DNA of 40,660 nucleotides from Patescibacteria group bacterium (GCA_015485575.1 WFTF01000047.1:1-40660), one strand, 5' to 3'; counted from the stretch's first letter, positions 27,004 to 36,857 are shown. The notes: generated by a model not told the origin, from the letters alone. Program-made: numbers and translations.

Positions 27004-28755
27004 ATGCGCATACAAGACGAACAACTCAAGCGGTTTGTATCGGATGCCGGTTTGGTTCCCAAAAAAGATCTTGCCGCCGCACAAAAAGTTGCGAAGGAGG
27101 AAAAACGAACGCTTGCCGAGGCGCTGATTGCCGGAGGGTATATGACTGAGGATGACCTGCGACGGGTGGAGTCGTATGTTTTGGGTATTCCGTTTGTCTC
27201 GCTGAAAGATGAAAAGATTGACTTTGACATTTTGTCGCTTATTCCAGAGCCGGTTGCCCGCAATCATAACATCATCGCTTTCAAGAAAAGCGACACCGCA
27301 CTTGAAGTGGCGATGCTGGACACCGCGGACCTGCCGGCGATTGATTTTATAAAGAAAAAGGTGGGATTAAAAATACTGCCGCGTTTGACCGACACCGAGT
27401 CAATGCGCTGGGCGTTGCAGCAGTATCAAAAAACACTCAAAGATGAATTTGGTGACATTATCGCAAAAGAGTCTTCCGCACTGAAGGTACTTGCGGAAGG
27501 TGACGGTGAGGAGGTGAGTGAAGAAGATCTGAAGAAGATGGCGGAGGACCTGCCGGTGGTGCGTATTGTAGATACGTTGTTGCGTCATGCCATTATTCAA
27601 GGAGCATCTGATATCCACATTGAGCCAATGGAAGAGGAGGTGTTGGTACGTTATCGCATAGATGGCATCTTGCATGACGCGATGACGCTGCCGAAACACG
27701 CCGGCCCCACCATTGCGGCTCGTATCAAGGTACTCTCCAACTTGAAGCTGGACGAGAAGCGCCTGCCGCAAGATGGAAGGTTTAAGATGGAAATGGATGG
27801 GCAGAAAGTCTCTTTTCGCGTATCCGTGCTGCCCATTTTCTTTGGGGAGAAGATTGTCATGCGCCTGTTGCGTGAAAACCGCTCGGGCTTCTCGCTTGAG
27901 GGTATCGGTTTTCACGGCAGCACACTGGAACGCTTGCAGGACGCCATGAAGCAGACCACCGGTATTATATTGGTAACCGGTCCCACCGGATCGGGTAAAA
28001 CGACAACGTTGTATACCATTTTGGATTTGCTGAATACGCCGGAGGTCAATATATCCACCATTGAAGACCCGATTGAGTATCAGATGCCGCGTATTAACCA
28101 AACACAAGTAAAGGCGGATATCGGGTTTACGTTCGCCACAGGGTTGCGTTCGCTAATGCGTCAAGACCCGGACATCATCATGGTGGGGGAGATTCGCGAT
28201 CAGGAAACAGCAAACCTTGCCATCAATGCGGCACTCACCGGTCACTTGGTGTTGGCTACAGTACACACCAACTCCGCAGCAGGTACGGTCGCTCGTTTGG
28301 TTGATATGGGTGTGGAGTCATTTTTGATGGTATCCACACTCCGTGTTGCCATTGGACAGCGCTTGGTGCGCCGTGTGCGAGAGGATATGCGCGAACCCTA
28401 CACACTGACCGCAAATCAGCGAGCGGAGTTGTCCAAACATGCCGATTTAGATCGGGTACTGGAGACGTTGCGTGAGGAGAATATCATCAAGCCCAATGCA
28501 TCATGGAACAGTATTCCGTTTTACCACGCGGTCCCGCAGGGGAATGAAGACGGATATAAGGGGAGAATCGGCATCCATGAAGTGCTGCCGGTTTCTTCCG
28601 CCATGAAAGAGATGGTGATGGCGAATGCCACTGCGGACCAGATCGAAGAGCAGGCGCGCAAGGAGGGGATGCTGACAATGTTGGAGGATGGTATCTACAA
28701 AGCGGCGCGCGGATTGACCACCATTGAGGAGGTATTACGTGTGATTAACGAATAG
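27004..28755 (+). CDS. pilB: type IV pilus assembly ATPase (PilB/GspE family)
   Basis: ASDIHIEP, RLPQDGR, Walker A GPTGSGKTTT, TIEDPIE, MRQDPDIIMVGEIRD and ALTGHLV; start taken at MRIQDEQL. Confidence 0.93.
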   Translation: MRIQDEQLKRFVSDAGLVPKKDLAAAQKVAKEEKRTLAEALIAGGYMTEDDLRRVESYVLGIPFVSLKDEKIDFDILSLIPEPVARNHNIIAFKKSDTALEVAMLDTADLPAIDFIKKKVGLKILPRLTDTESMRWALQQYQKTLKDEFGDIIAKESSALKVLAEGDGEEVSEEDLKKMAEDLPVVRIVDTLLRHAIIQGASDIHIEPMEEEVLVRYRIDGILHDAMTLPKHAGPTIAARIKVLSNLKLDEKRLPQDGRFKMEMDGQKVSFRVSVLPIFFGEKIVMRLLRENRSGFSLEGIGFHGSTLERLQDAMKQTTGIILVTGPTGSGKTTTLYTILDLLNTPEVNISTIEDPIEYQMPRINQTQVKADIGFTFATGLRSLMRQDPDIIMVGEIRDQETANLAINAALTGHLVLATVHTNSAAGTVARLVDMGVESFLMVSTLRVAIGQRLVRRVREDMREPYTLTANQRAELSKHADLDRVLETLREENIIKPNASWNSIPFYHAVPQGNEDGYKGRIGIHEVLPVSSAMKEMVMANATADQIEEQARKEGMLTMLEDGIYKAARGLTTIEEVLRVINE

Positions 28756-28760
28756 TGCGT

Positions 28761-29987
28761 ATGCCAACATTCATCTATACAGGAAAAGATAAAAACGGAA
28801 CAGCGGTACAGGAAACGGTGGAGGCGCAGGACCGGTTTGCGGTTTATGAGATTGCACGGATTGCCGGTCACACGGTTGAATCGGTGACGGAAAAGAAGAA
28901 GTTCTCACTCAGTACCCTGCTTGACGTGGAAAAAATCAATTACCATTTGAGTCGGGTCAAGCAAGATGAGCTGGTGATGATGACCCGGAACCTCGGTGCG
29001 ATGCTGGTTGCCGGTCTGTCACTTTCACGAGCATTATCAGTGATTGAGCGACAGAGTAAAAATCCGCGCTTGAAAGGAATCATCAAGGATATTATTGATC
29101 AGATCAACAAAGGAGAGACGTTTCACTCCGCCATTTCGCGATACCCCAAAGTGTTCAACGATTTGTATGTGGCAATGATAGCGGCAGGAGAGGAGGGTGG
29201 TCAGATGGCACAGACACTTAAAACCTTGAGCGTGCAGATGGAGCGTTCATCCACACTGAAGAAAAAAATCAAAGGTGCCATGATTTACCCCGCTATCGTC
29301 ATTATCATCTTGGTGATTATCGGCGTGTTGATGATGGTGTTTGTGATGCCGTCCATTACCGACACGTTCAAAAGTTTAGATACTGATTTACCCAAAACAA
29401 CCCTCTTTTTGATGGCGGTGAGTGACTTTATGAGCAATAACTTGTTGTTAACCATGGTGTTACTCATCGGATCGGTGGGTGGATTTGCAGCGTGGTTGCG
29501 GACACAAATGGGGAAACGTGTTTCTTCGTGGGTATTGCCCCGTTTGCCGGTTATCGGCAAGATGGCAAAGGAGGTAAATTCCGCACGGACCGCACGAACA
29601 CTTTCGTCCCTTTTGTCATCAGGAGTGGATGTGATTCGTGCGCTGAATATTACCGAGGATGTGGTGCAAAACTACTACTATAAGCAGATTATTGCAGAAG
29701 CGGCAAAACGGGTTGAAAAGGGAACCGCACTGTCTGAAGTGTTTGTGGAGCATGATGATTTGTATCCGGTGTTGGTTGGAGAGATGATTTTGGTGGGAGA
29801 GGAAACGGGGAATATATCGCAAATGCTGGAAGAGTTGGCAGACTTTTACGAGGCGGAGGTGGAACAAAAGACGAAGGATCTTTCTACCATTATTGAGCCG
29901 TTGCTGATGGTCTTCATTGGCGGTACGGTTGGTTTCTTCGCTCTTGCAATGATTGCACCTATTTACTCAATTAGTGATAGCATTTAA
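28761..29987 (+). CDS. pilC: type IV pilus platform protein (PilC/GspF family)
   Basis: AMIAAGEEGG, KIKGAMIYP, MILVGEETG and IIEPLLMVFIG. Confidence 0.93.
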   Translation: MPTFIYTGKDKNGTAVQETVEAQDRFAVYEIARIAGHTVESVTEKKKFSLSTLLDVEKINYHLSRVKQDELVMMTRNLGAMLVAGLSLSRALSVIERQSKNPRLKGIIKDIIDQINKGETFHSAISRYPKVFNDLYVAMIAAGEEGGQMAQTLKTLSVQMERSSTLKKKIKGAMIYPAIVIIILVIIGVLMMVFVMPSITDTFKSLDTDLPKTTLFLMAVSDFMSNNLLLTMVLLIGSVGGFAAWLRTQMGKRVSSWVLPRLPVIGKMAKEVNSARTARTLSSLLSSGVDVIRALNITEDVVQNYYYKQIIAEAAKRVEKGTALSEVFVEHDDLYPVLVGEMILVGEETGNISQMLEELADFYEAEVEQKTKDLSTIIEPLLMVFIGGTVGFFALAMIAPIYSISDSI

Positions 29988-29998
29988 TTGGAAAGCGT

Positions 29999-31777
29999 AT
30001 GTGTAGGTTTGAGAAACGGGCGCCGGAAAATACGAAGTATTTTCCGGCGCCCGTTTCCGGCTACTCGTTGATAGAACTGATTATCACTATCGCGCTGTTT
30101 TCTCTTGTTTTTTCCGCGCTGTTTGCAGGAGTACAGTTTGCACTCTCACTGGTGGGAACCTCAAAGGCGGAAGCCGGAGCGCTTGCGTTGCTGGTTGATA
30201 AGATGGAGTACATACGTTCACTTCCTTATAACGATGTAGGTACAGTTGGTGGAGTTCCTGCCGGTGACATTCCTCAGACGGGCACCACCACACTCAATGG
30301 CATCACCTACAACGAGCGTGTGCTCATTCAGTATGTGGATGATCCGGCAGATGGAACCGGTTCGTCTGACAGTAATGGCATTTTAGCCGATTATAAACAG
30401 ATAAAGATTGAGTACGTATGGAGTATACGAGGAAAAACGAACTCTGCGTCACTGGTGAGCAACATTGTACCCAATGGTATTGAGACCACTGCGGGAGGAG
30501 GCACGATTCGTGTGAATGTATTTGATGCACAGGTGCAGCCATTGTCCGGAGCTGCGGTGCGATTTCTCAACAACACTACAACCACCACCATAGATACGAC
30601 ACGGTACACCGATCCGAATGGAGTCGCCTACCTTGCAGGAGCACCGGCTGCCGCAAATTATGAAATTATTGTGACCGATGACGGGTACTCAACAGATGGT
30701 ACCTACGTTGCGACTACTTCTAACCCAAATCCGACCACGCCGCCTATTGCGGTATTGGAGAGTCAGATTTCCACTATGAATTTTCAGATCGACAAACTCA
30801 GTGATCTGACCATTCGCACACTCAATCCGGCAACGTACGGAAACTATACCGATACCTTTTCTGACAACTCCGGTTTGATTTCACAGTCAAGCACAACGGT
30901 TTCTTCGGGGGCTCTTATACTCAGTGGTAGTGCCGGCAGTTACAAGTCTACGGGTAGTGCTGTGAGCACCAGTACCGATGTCACCTCCCCCGATGCATGG
31001 TACTCAGCTTCCTTCAGCGCCAGTACCTCTGCCTCAACATCAGTTCGCGTGTCGGTGATGTACGACAATGCCGGGGTGATGACACTGGTGCCGGATGAAG
31101 ACTTGCCGGGTAACAGTGTTGGATTTACTACCTCTCCGGTTGATATTTCATCTTTGAGTACCACCACTTACGCTTCACTTGGTCTGTCTGCAATACTGAC
31201 AACCACCGATGCGAATGTAACTCCTTATTTGCATCAATGGCAGATAACTCACGTTGTGAATCAGACACCTATTGCGGATGTGCCGTTATCCATTGCGGGT
31301 GCAAAAAGTATTGGAACCTATGACGACGGACAGCCTGTTTTGAAGTATGCAGCAACCGGCGTCAGTGACAGCAGTGGTGTGTGGGATCAGTCCAATATAG
31401 AGTATGATCTCTACACGGTGACGGTAAACAGTACCGCGTACGATGTACAGGAGGAGTGTCCGATAGTTCCGTTTGCGCTCAGTCCGGACACAACAGAAAC
31501 ACTTACGTTCACGTTGGGACCGGCAAGTGGCGCAATGTTACGTGTGGCGGTAACTCAGGCAGACGGTACGCCGATTCCGGACGCAACGGTTCGGTTGCAG
31601 AACACTGGCATTGACCAGCAGCAGAAGACCAGTTTATGCGGTCAGACGTATTTTGGGTCGGGATTGTATACCGCAGGTGACTATCAAGTAACCGTATCTG
31701 CGTCGGGGTATGCCACACAAACAGTCACTGATGTGACGGTAAATGCAAGTAGTTCACTTACGGTGCAACTCAATTAG
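29999..31777 (+). CDS. large prepilin-like protein with Ser/Thr-rich beta-sandwich domains
   Basis: Class III signal G|YSLIELII, MEYIRSLPY.DVG, and repeated 'V.V....P..GA.V...TD..G' modules resembling carboxypeptidase-regulatory domains. Confidence 0.8.
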   Translation: MCRFEKRAPENTKYFPAPVSGYSLIELIITIALFSLVFSALFAGVQFALSLVGTSKAEAGALALLVDKMEYIRSLPYNDVGTVGGVPAGDIPQTGTTTLNGITYNERVLIQYVDDPADGTGSSDSNGILADYKQIKIEYVWSIRGKTNSASLVSNIVPNGIETTAGGGTIRVNVFDAQVQPLSGAAVRFLNNTTTTTIDTTRYTDPNGVAYLAGAPAAANYEIIVTDDGYSTDGTYVATTSNPNPTTPPIAVLESQISTMNFQIDKLSDLTIRTLNPATYGNYTDTFSDNSGLISQSSTTVSSGALILSGSAGSYKSTGSAVSTSTDVTSPDAWYSASFSASTSASTSVRVSVMYDNAGVMTLVPDEDLPGNSVGFTTSPVDISSLSTTTYASLGLSAILTTTDANVTPYLHQWQITHVVNQTPIADVPLSIAGAKSIGTYDDGQPVLKYAATGVSDSSGVWDQSNIEYDLYTVTVNSTAYDVQEECPIVPFALSPDTTETLTFTLGPASGAMLRVAVTQADGTPIPDATVRLQNTGIDQQQKTSLCGQTYFGSGLYTAGDYQVTVSASGYATQTVTDVTVNASSSLTVQLN

Positions 31778-31779
31778 TT

Positions 31780-32403
31780 ATGAAAAGAAACAGACACACA
31801 CAACATACTGTTTATCATATGCGCGGCATGACTCTGGTAGAGGTGGTAATGGTGTCTGCTATTTTTGGTTTGGTGATGTTTGCGTTAGGGGAAAGCATTG
31901 TGTCGCTATATAAGAGCAATGCGTACACCATGGCGCAGGCGGTGCAGGTGCAGTATGCACGGCGCGGTGTGCAGACGTTGGTGCGGGATATGCGCGAGAT
32001 GACCTATGCCGATGACGGCACCTTTCCTTTAGCGCGTATGGAAGAACATTTGATAGGGTTTTACAGTGATATTGACAGAGATAACAGTGTTGAGTATGTG
32101 GAGTATGAGCTGGCGTCTACGACGTTGGTCAAGCGCACCTACAACGCCACCGGCTCTCCACCGACATACAGCACAACGACCGCCGATTCGGTACAGATTC
32201 TTTCCGAATATGCGCAAAACCGAAATCAAGGCACATCCACGTTTTACTATTTTGATGCAAACGGCAATCCTGCAACCAGCAGTGCTCTGGTGACCGATGT
32301 GCGTTTCATACGGGTACAGACGATTATCAACGTAGATCCGGTGCGGGATCCGGGGCAATTTATGCTCCGGGGCAGCGCTTCTTTGCGTAACGTTAAGTTA
32401 TAA
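31780..32403 (+). CDS. minor pilin (PilW-like)
   Basis: G|MTLVEVVMV prepilin motif. Confidence 0.82.
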   Translation: MKRNRHTQHTVYHMRGMTLVEVVMVSAIFGLVMFALGESIVSLYKSNAYTMAQAVQVQYARRGVQTLVRDMREMTYADDGTFPLARMEEHLIGFYSDIDRDNSVEYVEYELASTTLVKRTYNATGSPPTYSTTTADSVQILSEYAQNRNQGTSTFYYFDANGNPATSSALVTDVRFIRVQTIINVDPVRDPGQFMLRGSASLRNVKL

Positions 32404-32408
32404 TAGAA

Positions 32409-33839
32409 ATGCGTATGCTGTATCATCACACCACCACACACAAAGGAGCACTACTGGTGCTGGTGCTGGTGTTTGGCGCCATTTTTTTTGTGATCGCCGC
32501 GAGTTCTCTTAACTTTTTTGTTACTCAAACACAAGTGCAGAGAGCGAAGTACCAACTGGGGCAGGCACGGGAGATTGCGGAGGCGGGGCTGAACTACTAC
32601 AAGTGGTACCTTGCCCACTATCCGGACGATGTAACCAACGGCACCGGAGAACCGGGACCGTATGTGATGACGTACACTGATCCTGAGCTGGGGGATATTG
32701 GTGAGTTTTCTCTGTCTATCGCCAGCAGTACTTTTTGCGGTGAAGTGAGCTCTATAGAGATTACATCAACCGGCTACACCTATGAAAATCCTTCTCTAAA
32801 GCAAACCGTGTATGCGCGCTATGCGCGACCAACCGTTGCTGAGTATGCATACATTATCAATTCAAATGTGTGGGCAGGTTCCGACCGCACCATTATCGGT
32901 CCATATCACTCAAATGGGGGTATCCGTATGGATGGCACCAACAACTCCATTGTGACAAGTGGGCAGGAAACCTGGAATTGTACCAGCTCCTATGGTTGCG
33001 ACCCTGAAGATCCCAATGCCCCGGGTGTCTTCGGGAGTGGTCCCAACAGCAATCTCTGGTCCTTTCCTTCCCCACCGATTAACTTTACCGGTCTGACGGT
33101 GGACTTGGCGACCATGCGTGACCGGGCCGAAAACGGTGGCGGTATCTACATACCCCCATCAGGTGCGTACGGGTATCGGGTGAGTTTTCAAAGCGATGGC
33201 AGTGTGGCGGTGCGATTGGTGGATCGCACATACAGTTACTGGGGGTATAGTTCACGTGACGGTTGGCAGATTGAGCGGAATGTCATACGCGATGACGACC
33301 CGTATGCAAGTTATACCATTAACGAGAATTGTCCCGTTATCTTTGTGGAAGATAAAGTTTGGCTTGAGGGGGAGGTACCTACTCGTGTAACTTTGGCGGC
33401 AGCGGACACTGATACGCCCGGAGTAGACCCGTCTATTATTTTAAATGACAATATCACATACAGTACCGCATCCTCCGGTCTGCTTGCCATTGCGGAAGAC
33501 AATGTTTTAGTGGGACTGGTGGTGCCAAATGATATGACACTCAATGGTATTTTTGTCGCACAGAACGGGAACTTTGGAAGAAACTACTATCGCACATGGG
33601 GGTTTTATGATGTACTGTCTATACATAACGCGTACGTCACACGCAACTCGTTGACTATGTTTGGTACGGTGGTCTCCAATGGGCGAGTTGGAACCAAGTG
33701 GTCTTGTGGTGGTGTATTTTGTTCCGGCTTTGAAACTCGTTACAATTCATACGATAGGCGTTTGGTTGAAAATCCGCCACCGCTTGCACCAAACACCTCA
33801 GACGACTTCAAATTCACCGAGTGGAGAGAAATGGACTAA
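32409..33839 (+). CDS. PilX-like minor pilin
   Basis: KG|ALLVLVLV (no E5), A..IAEAG and C-terminal YD..L...PPP...WRE. Confidence 0.78.
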   Translation: MRMLYHHTTTHKGALLVLVLVFGAIFFVIAASSLNFFVTQTQVQRAKYQLGQAREIAEAGLNYYKWYLAHYPDDVTNGTGEPGPYVMTYTDPELGDIGEFSLSIASSTFCGEVSSIEITSTGYTYENPSLKQTVYARYARPTVAEYAYIINSNVWAGSDRTIIGPYHSNGGIRMDGTNNSIVTSGQETWNCTSSYGCDPEDPNAPGVFGSGPNSNLWSFPSPPINFTGLTVDLATMRDRAENGGGIYIPPSGAYGYRVSFQSDGSVAVRLVDRTYSYWGYSSRDGWQIERNVIRDDDPYASYTINENCPVIFVEDKVWLEGEVPTRVTLAAADTDTPGVDPSIILNDNITYSTASSGLLAIAEDNVLVGLVVPNDMTLNGIFVAQNGNFGRNYYRTWGFYDVLSIHNAYVTRNSLTMFGTVVSNGRVGTKWSCGGVFCSGFETRYNSYDRRLVENPPPLAPNTSDDFKFTEWREMD

Positions 33840-34187
33840 TGTCCATTTCTCTCCGTTCCGAGCGAGAGCTCGGACGCCCGATGTGAGGAGCCTGCGACGA
33901 ACCAGGGCGAGGTGAGAAGCGAATACTTGGAGCTTCGCAAGACCTTGCCTAGTATTTCTGGAGCTTGCGAACAGAAATACTGACAAGGTGTACTGCTGCT
34001 GTAAGCAGGGAAGCGAATCCGCTTTACCACTTACAACGCTTTGTCCCGCTGGACTTTTTATTCCGTTCTTGCATCGTGAGAAAGTCCGTGGGACTTTCGC
34101 AAGAGGTTGCCTGCTATTTCATGACCGGAGGGAAATGAAATAGCGACAACCTGAACAGCTTCTGTAGGAAGCGGACGCCAACGTGAG
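33823..34187 (+). repeat. two tandem copies of the structured dispersed element, preceded by an inverted duplicate of the gene 3' end
   Basis: 14-bp inverted repeat across the stop codon; units 33912-34008 and 34076-34172 share loops and linkers while their stems co-vary. Confidence 0.8.
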
Positions 34188-34218
34188 GTAAGACGGCTTG
34201 AGAGTCTGTCACAAGGTT

Positions 34219-34249
34219 ACCACCTAGGTCATTCGATGACCTAGGTGGT
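34219..34249. repeat. REP-like palindrome family B, copy 2
   Basis: ACCACCTAGGTCAT-TCG-ATGACCTAGGTGGT. Confidence 0.75.
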
Positions 34250-34413
34250 TGTGCATATACAAAGGGTGGTATAGAGAAGTGTACGCTATAAAAATAAAGG
34301 TGCTCATAGATACAATTAAGGTATACAAAATAGAGGAATCACAGGTGTATTGATATATCCCCACAACACCTTACAACCTTTGGCAGGATTGGACTGTGTT
34401 ACAATTTTCACAT

Positions 34414-35202
34414 ATGGCACATAAACCTCATACGCCGTTGGTTGTGGGTAATTGGAAGATGAATCCTGCCACTATCGGTCAAGCTCGCAAACTTTTTTTG
34501 GATACACGACGTGCAATTGGGCGAAGAAAGCTGGAAACACAAATTGCTATTGCACCCCCCTTTCCCTTTCTGTCTGAGATGCGGCGTTTGTCACCCTCGC
34601 AGCGTATTGAGTTGGCGGCGCAAGATGTTTTTTTTGAGAGCATTGGTGCATACACCGGTGAGGTGTCACTGCCGATGCTTAAAAGCGTTGGCGTTACGGC
34701 AGTGATTGTGGGACACTCTGAACGTCGTGCTGCCGGGGAGACGGATGAGGAAATATATAAAGATATACAAGCTATTTTTAAAAGTGGCGTAACCGCTATT
34801 GTGTGCGTGGGTGAAAAGGTGCGGGATAGTCACGGCAATTACTTTGGGGTGGTGGAGGCACAGTTGCGCTCGGCATTGCGTGACGTTCCAAAAACGAAAC
34901 TCCGACAATTGGTGATTGCGTATGAGCCGGTATGGGCAATCGGTACTGGAAAACATGCGACTCCGGAAGATGTATATGAGATGAAGTTGTTTATCCAAAA
35001 AATTATTGCAGATGTATTCGGAAGACCGGCACTTGCAAAAGTGCGAATTCTCTACGGTGGGTCAGTGAATAAAAAGAACGCACAAGATCTGCTTGCGGTT
35101 GGAGGAGTTGATGGTTTTTTGGTAGGAGGAGCGAGTTTAAAGCCGAAGGAATTTGCCACCATTATTCACATAGCGGAAGAATATGCCAAAGCAACCGTTT
35201 GA
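34414..35202 (+). CDS. tpiA: triosephosphate isomerase
   Basis: GNWKMN, GAYTGEVS, GHSERR, AYEPVWAIGTG and GFLVGGASL. Confidence 0.97.
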   Translation: MAHKPHTPLVVGNWKMNPATIGQARKLFLDTRRAIGRRKLETQIAIAPPFPFLSEMRRLSPSQRIELAAQDVFFESIGAYTGEVSLPMLKSVGVTAVIVGHSERRAAGETDEEIYKDIQAIFKSGVTAIVCVGEKVRDSHGNYFGVVEAQLRSALRDVPKTKLRQLVIAYEPVWAIGTGKHATPEDVYEMKLFIQKIIADVFGRPALAKVRILYGGSVNKKNAQDLLAVGGVDGFLVGGASLKPKEFATIIHIAEEYAKATV

Positions 35203-36340
35203 CAGAGTAACCCGACAGCATGAATTGCGGGGGCGTTATGTGCTGCTGCGCTTGTCTGTAAACGTACCTATCAAGGAAGGTGTTGTCACGAATCAGTTTC
35301 GTATCCTGCGCAGCTTGCCGACATTGCAATTTTTGGTGCGCCAGGGTGCACGGGTGATAGCGTGTGGGCACATAGGTCGTGACGGGTCTGAGAGCATACA
35401 GCCGGTTGCGGATATATTTGCACAGTATGTACCGGTTGCGGTATCACCGGAAGTGTCGGGTACGGTCTCTAAAAATATGCGTGACGAATTGCAAGACGGT
35501 GAGGTGCTGTTTTTGGAAAATCTACGAAAAGATCCAAGAGAAAAAAAGAATGATTCCAACTTTGCGCGAGAACTTGCCGACTTTGCAGATATCTACGTCA
35601 ATGATGCATTTGCCGCATCACATCGTCCCCATGCCTCTTTGGTTGGAGTGCCGAAGTTTTTACCATCGTACGTTGGCATGAACTTTGTGCATGAATATGA
35701 AGAGTTATTAAAGGCGCGAAAACCGGAGCATCCCGCTTTGTTTATGTTGGGTGGTTCAAAATTTGAGACAAAAATGCCACTGATTGAAAAGTTTCTGGAT
35801 GTGTATGATCACGTGTTTGTTGGTGGGGCGCTCGCCAATGATTTACTTAAAGCAAAAGGGTATGAAGTCGGGAAATCTCTGGTATCTGATATTGACTTGT
35901 CGGACAGTTCCCTGTTACAACATCCCGCTCTTGTGTTGCCAATAGATGTGACGGTAGCGAGCAAGGGAGAAAGTCGTGTCTGTGCCGTTGATGATGTCAA
36001 ATCTAATGAGATGATTATGGATGTTGGTCCGAAGACGGTTGCTCTGCTCGCCGGTTTGATGAACCGTGCGAAGATGGTGCTCTGGAACGGTCCGTTTGGG
36101 AACTATGAGCAAGGGTTTGATGCCCAGACGGTTTCCACCGCAAAGATACTTGCCGGTGCGCCCGGATATTCTATTGTGGGCGGTGGTGATACAGTAGCTT
36201 CAATTGAGGCGCTTTGTTGTCAAGAACACTATAGTTTTCTATCTACTGCGGGAGGGGCGATGCTGACCTTTTTGGAAGAGGGTACGTTGCCCGCCATTGA
36301 GGCGTTGCAAGATGCGCCACAGAAAAAAGCAGGTTCATAA
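35183..36340 (+). CDS. pgk: phosphoglycerate kinase
   Basis: NVP, HIGR, LENLR, YVNDAF..SHR.HAS, WNGPFG, GGGDT and STAGGA. Confidence 0.95.
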   Translation: MPKQPFDRVTRQHELRGRYVLLRLSVNVPIKEGVVTNQFRILRSLPTLQFLVRQGARVIACGHIGRDGSESIQPVADIFAQYVPVAVSPEVSGTVSKNMRDELQDGEVLFLENLRKDPREKKNDSNFARELADFADIYVNDAFAASHRPHASLVGVPKFLPSYVGMNFVHEYEELLKARKPEHPALFMLGGSKFETKMPLIEKFLDVYDHVFVGGALANDLLKAKGYEVGKSLVSDIDLSDSSLLQHPALVLPIDVTVASKGESRVCAVDDVKSNEMIMDVGPKTVALLAGLMNRAKMVLWNGPFGNYEQGFDAQTVSTAKILAGAPGYSIVGGGDTVASIEALCCQEHYSFLSTAGGAMLTFLEEGTLPAIEALQDAPQKKAGS

Positions 36341-36364
36341 AACAATAGTGCAGGGAGTGCCTTT

Positions 36365-36790
36365 TTATGCGCTCTCTTCCTCCAGATTGTCTATTGCGGC
36401 AATTAGTTGAGTGGCAACTATCGCAAGTTCTTCATCAGTTGCCTCTTTGCCGTTCGGGAGTATCTCACCAAGCGCTTGTTTGGTGTCTTGCATCGGGTAG
36501 ATTTTGATGTGTACATGTGGCACGTCAAATCCTTCCACCACCAAGCAGGTGCGTTGCGCATTCAGCGCTGTATCGGACGCCTTTGCAATTCGTTTTGCCA
36601 CTTTAAACAAGTGGAGATAGGTGTCATCGTCCAAGTCAAATGCATAGTCCATTTCTTTTTTTGGGATAACCAATGATTGACCCTTTACTGCAGGGAAGCG
36701 GTCCAGTATGACCACACAGTGATCATCTTCGTACAGAAAGTGTGCGGGCACTTTTCGTTTGATTATTTTTGTGAAAATTGATTCTGACAT
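36365..36790 (-). CDS. HIT family nucleotide hydrolase
   Basis: SIFTKII, LYEDD, G..LVIPK and VPHVHIK. Confidence 0.9.
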   Translation of the reverse strand: MSESIFTKIIKRKVPAHFLYEDDHCVVILDRFPAVKGQSLVIPKKEMDYAFDLDDDTYLHLFKVAKRIAKASDTALNAQRTCLVVEGFDVPHVHIKIYPMQDTKQALGEILPNGKEATDEELAIVATQLIAAIDNLEEESA

Positions 36791-36857
36791 AATTGCTGAA
36801 AACTATAAGTATGTGTATTAAGAAGTATATATGTGTAACATGGTATCATACGGAATT

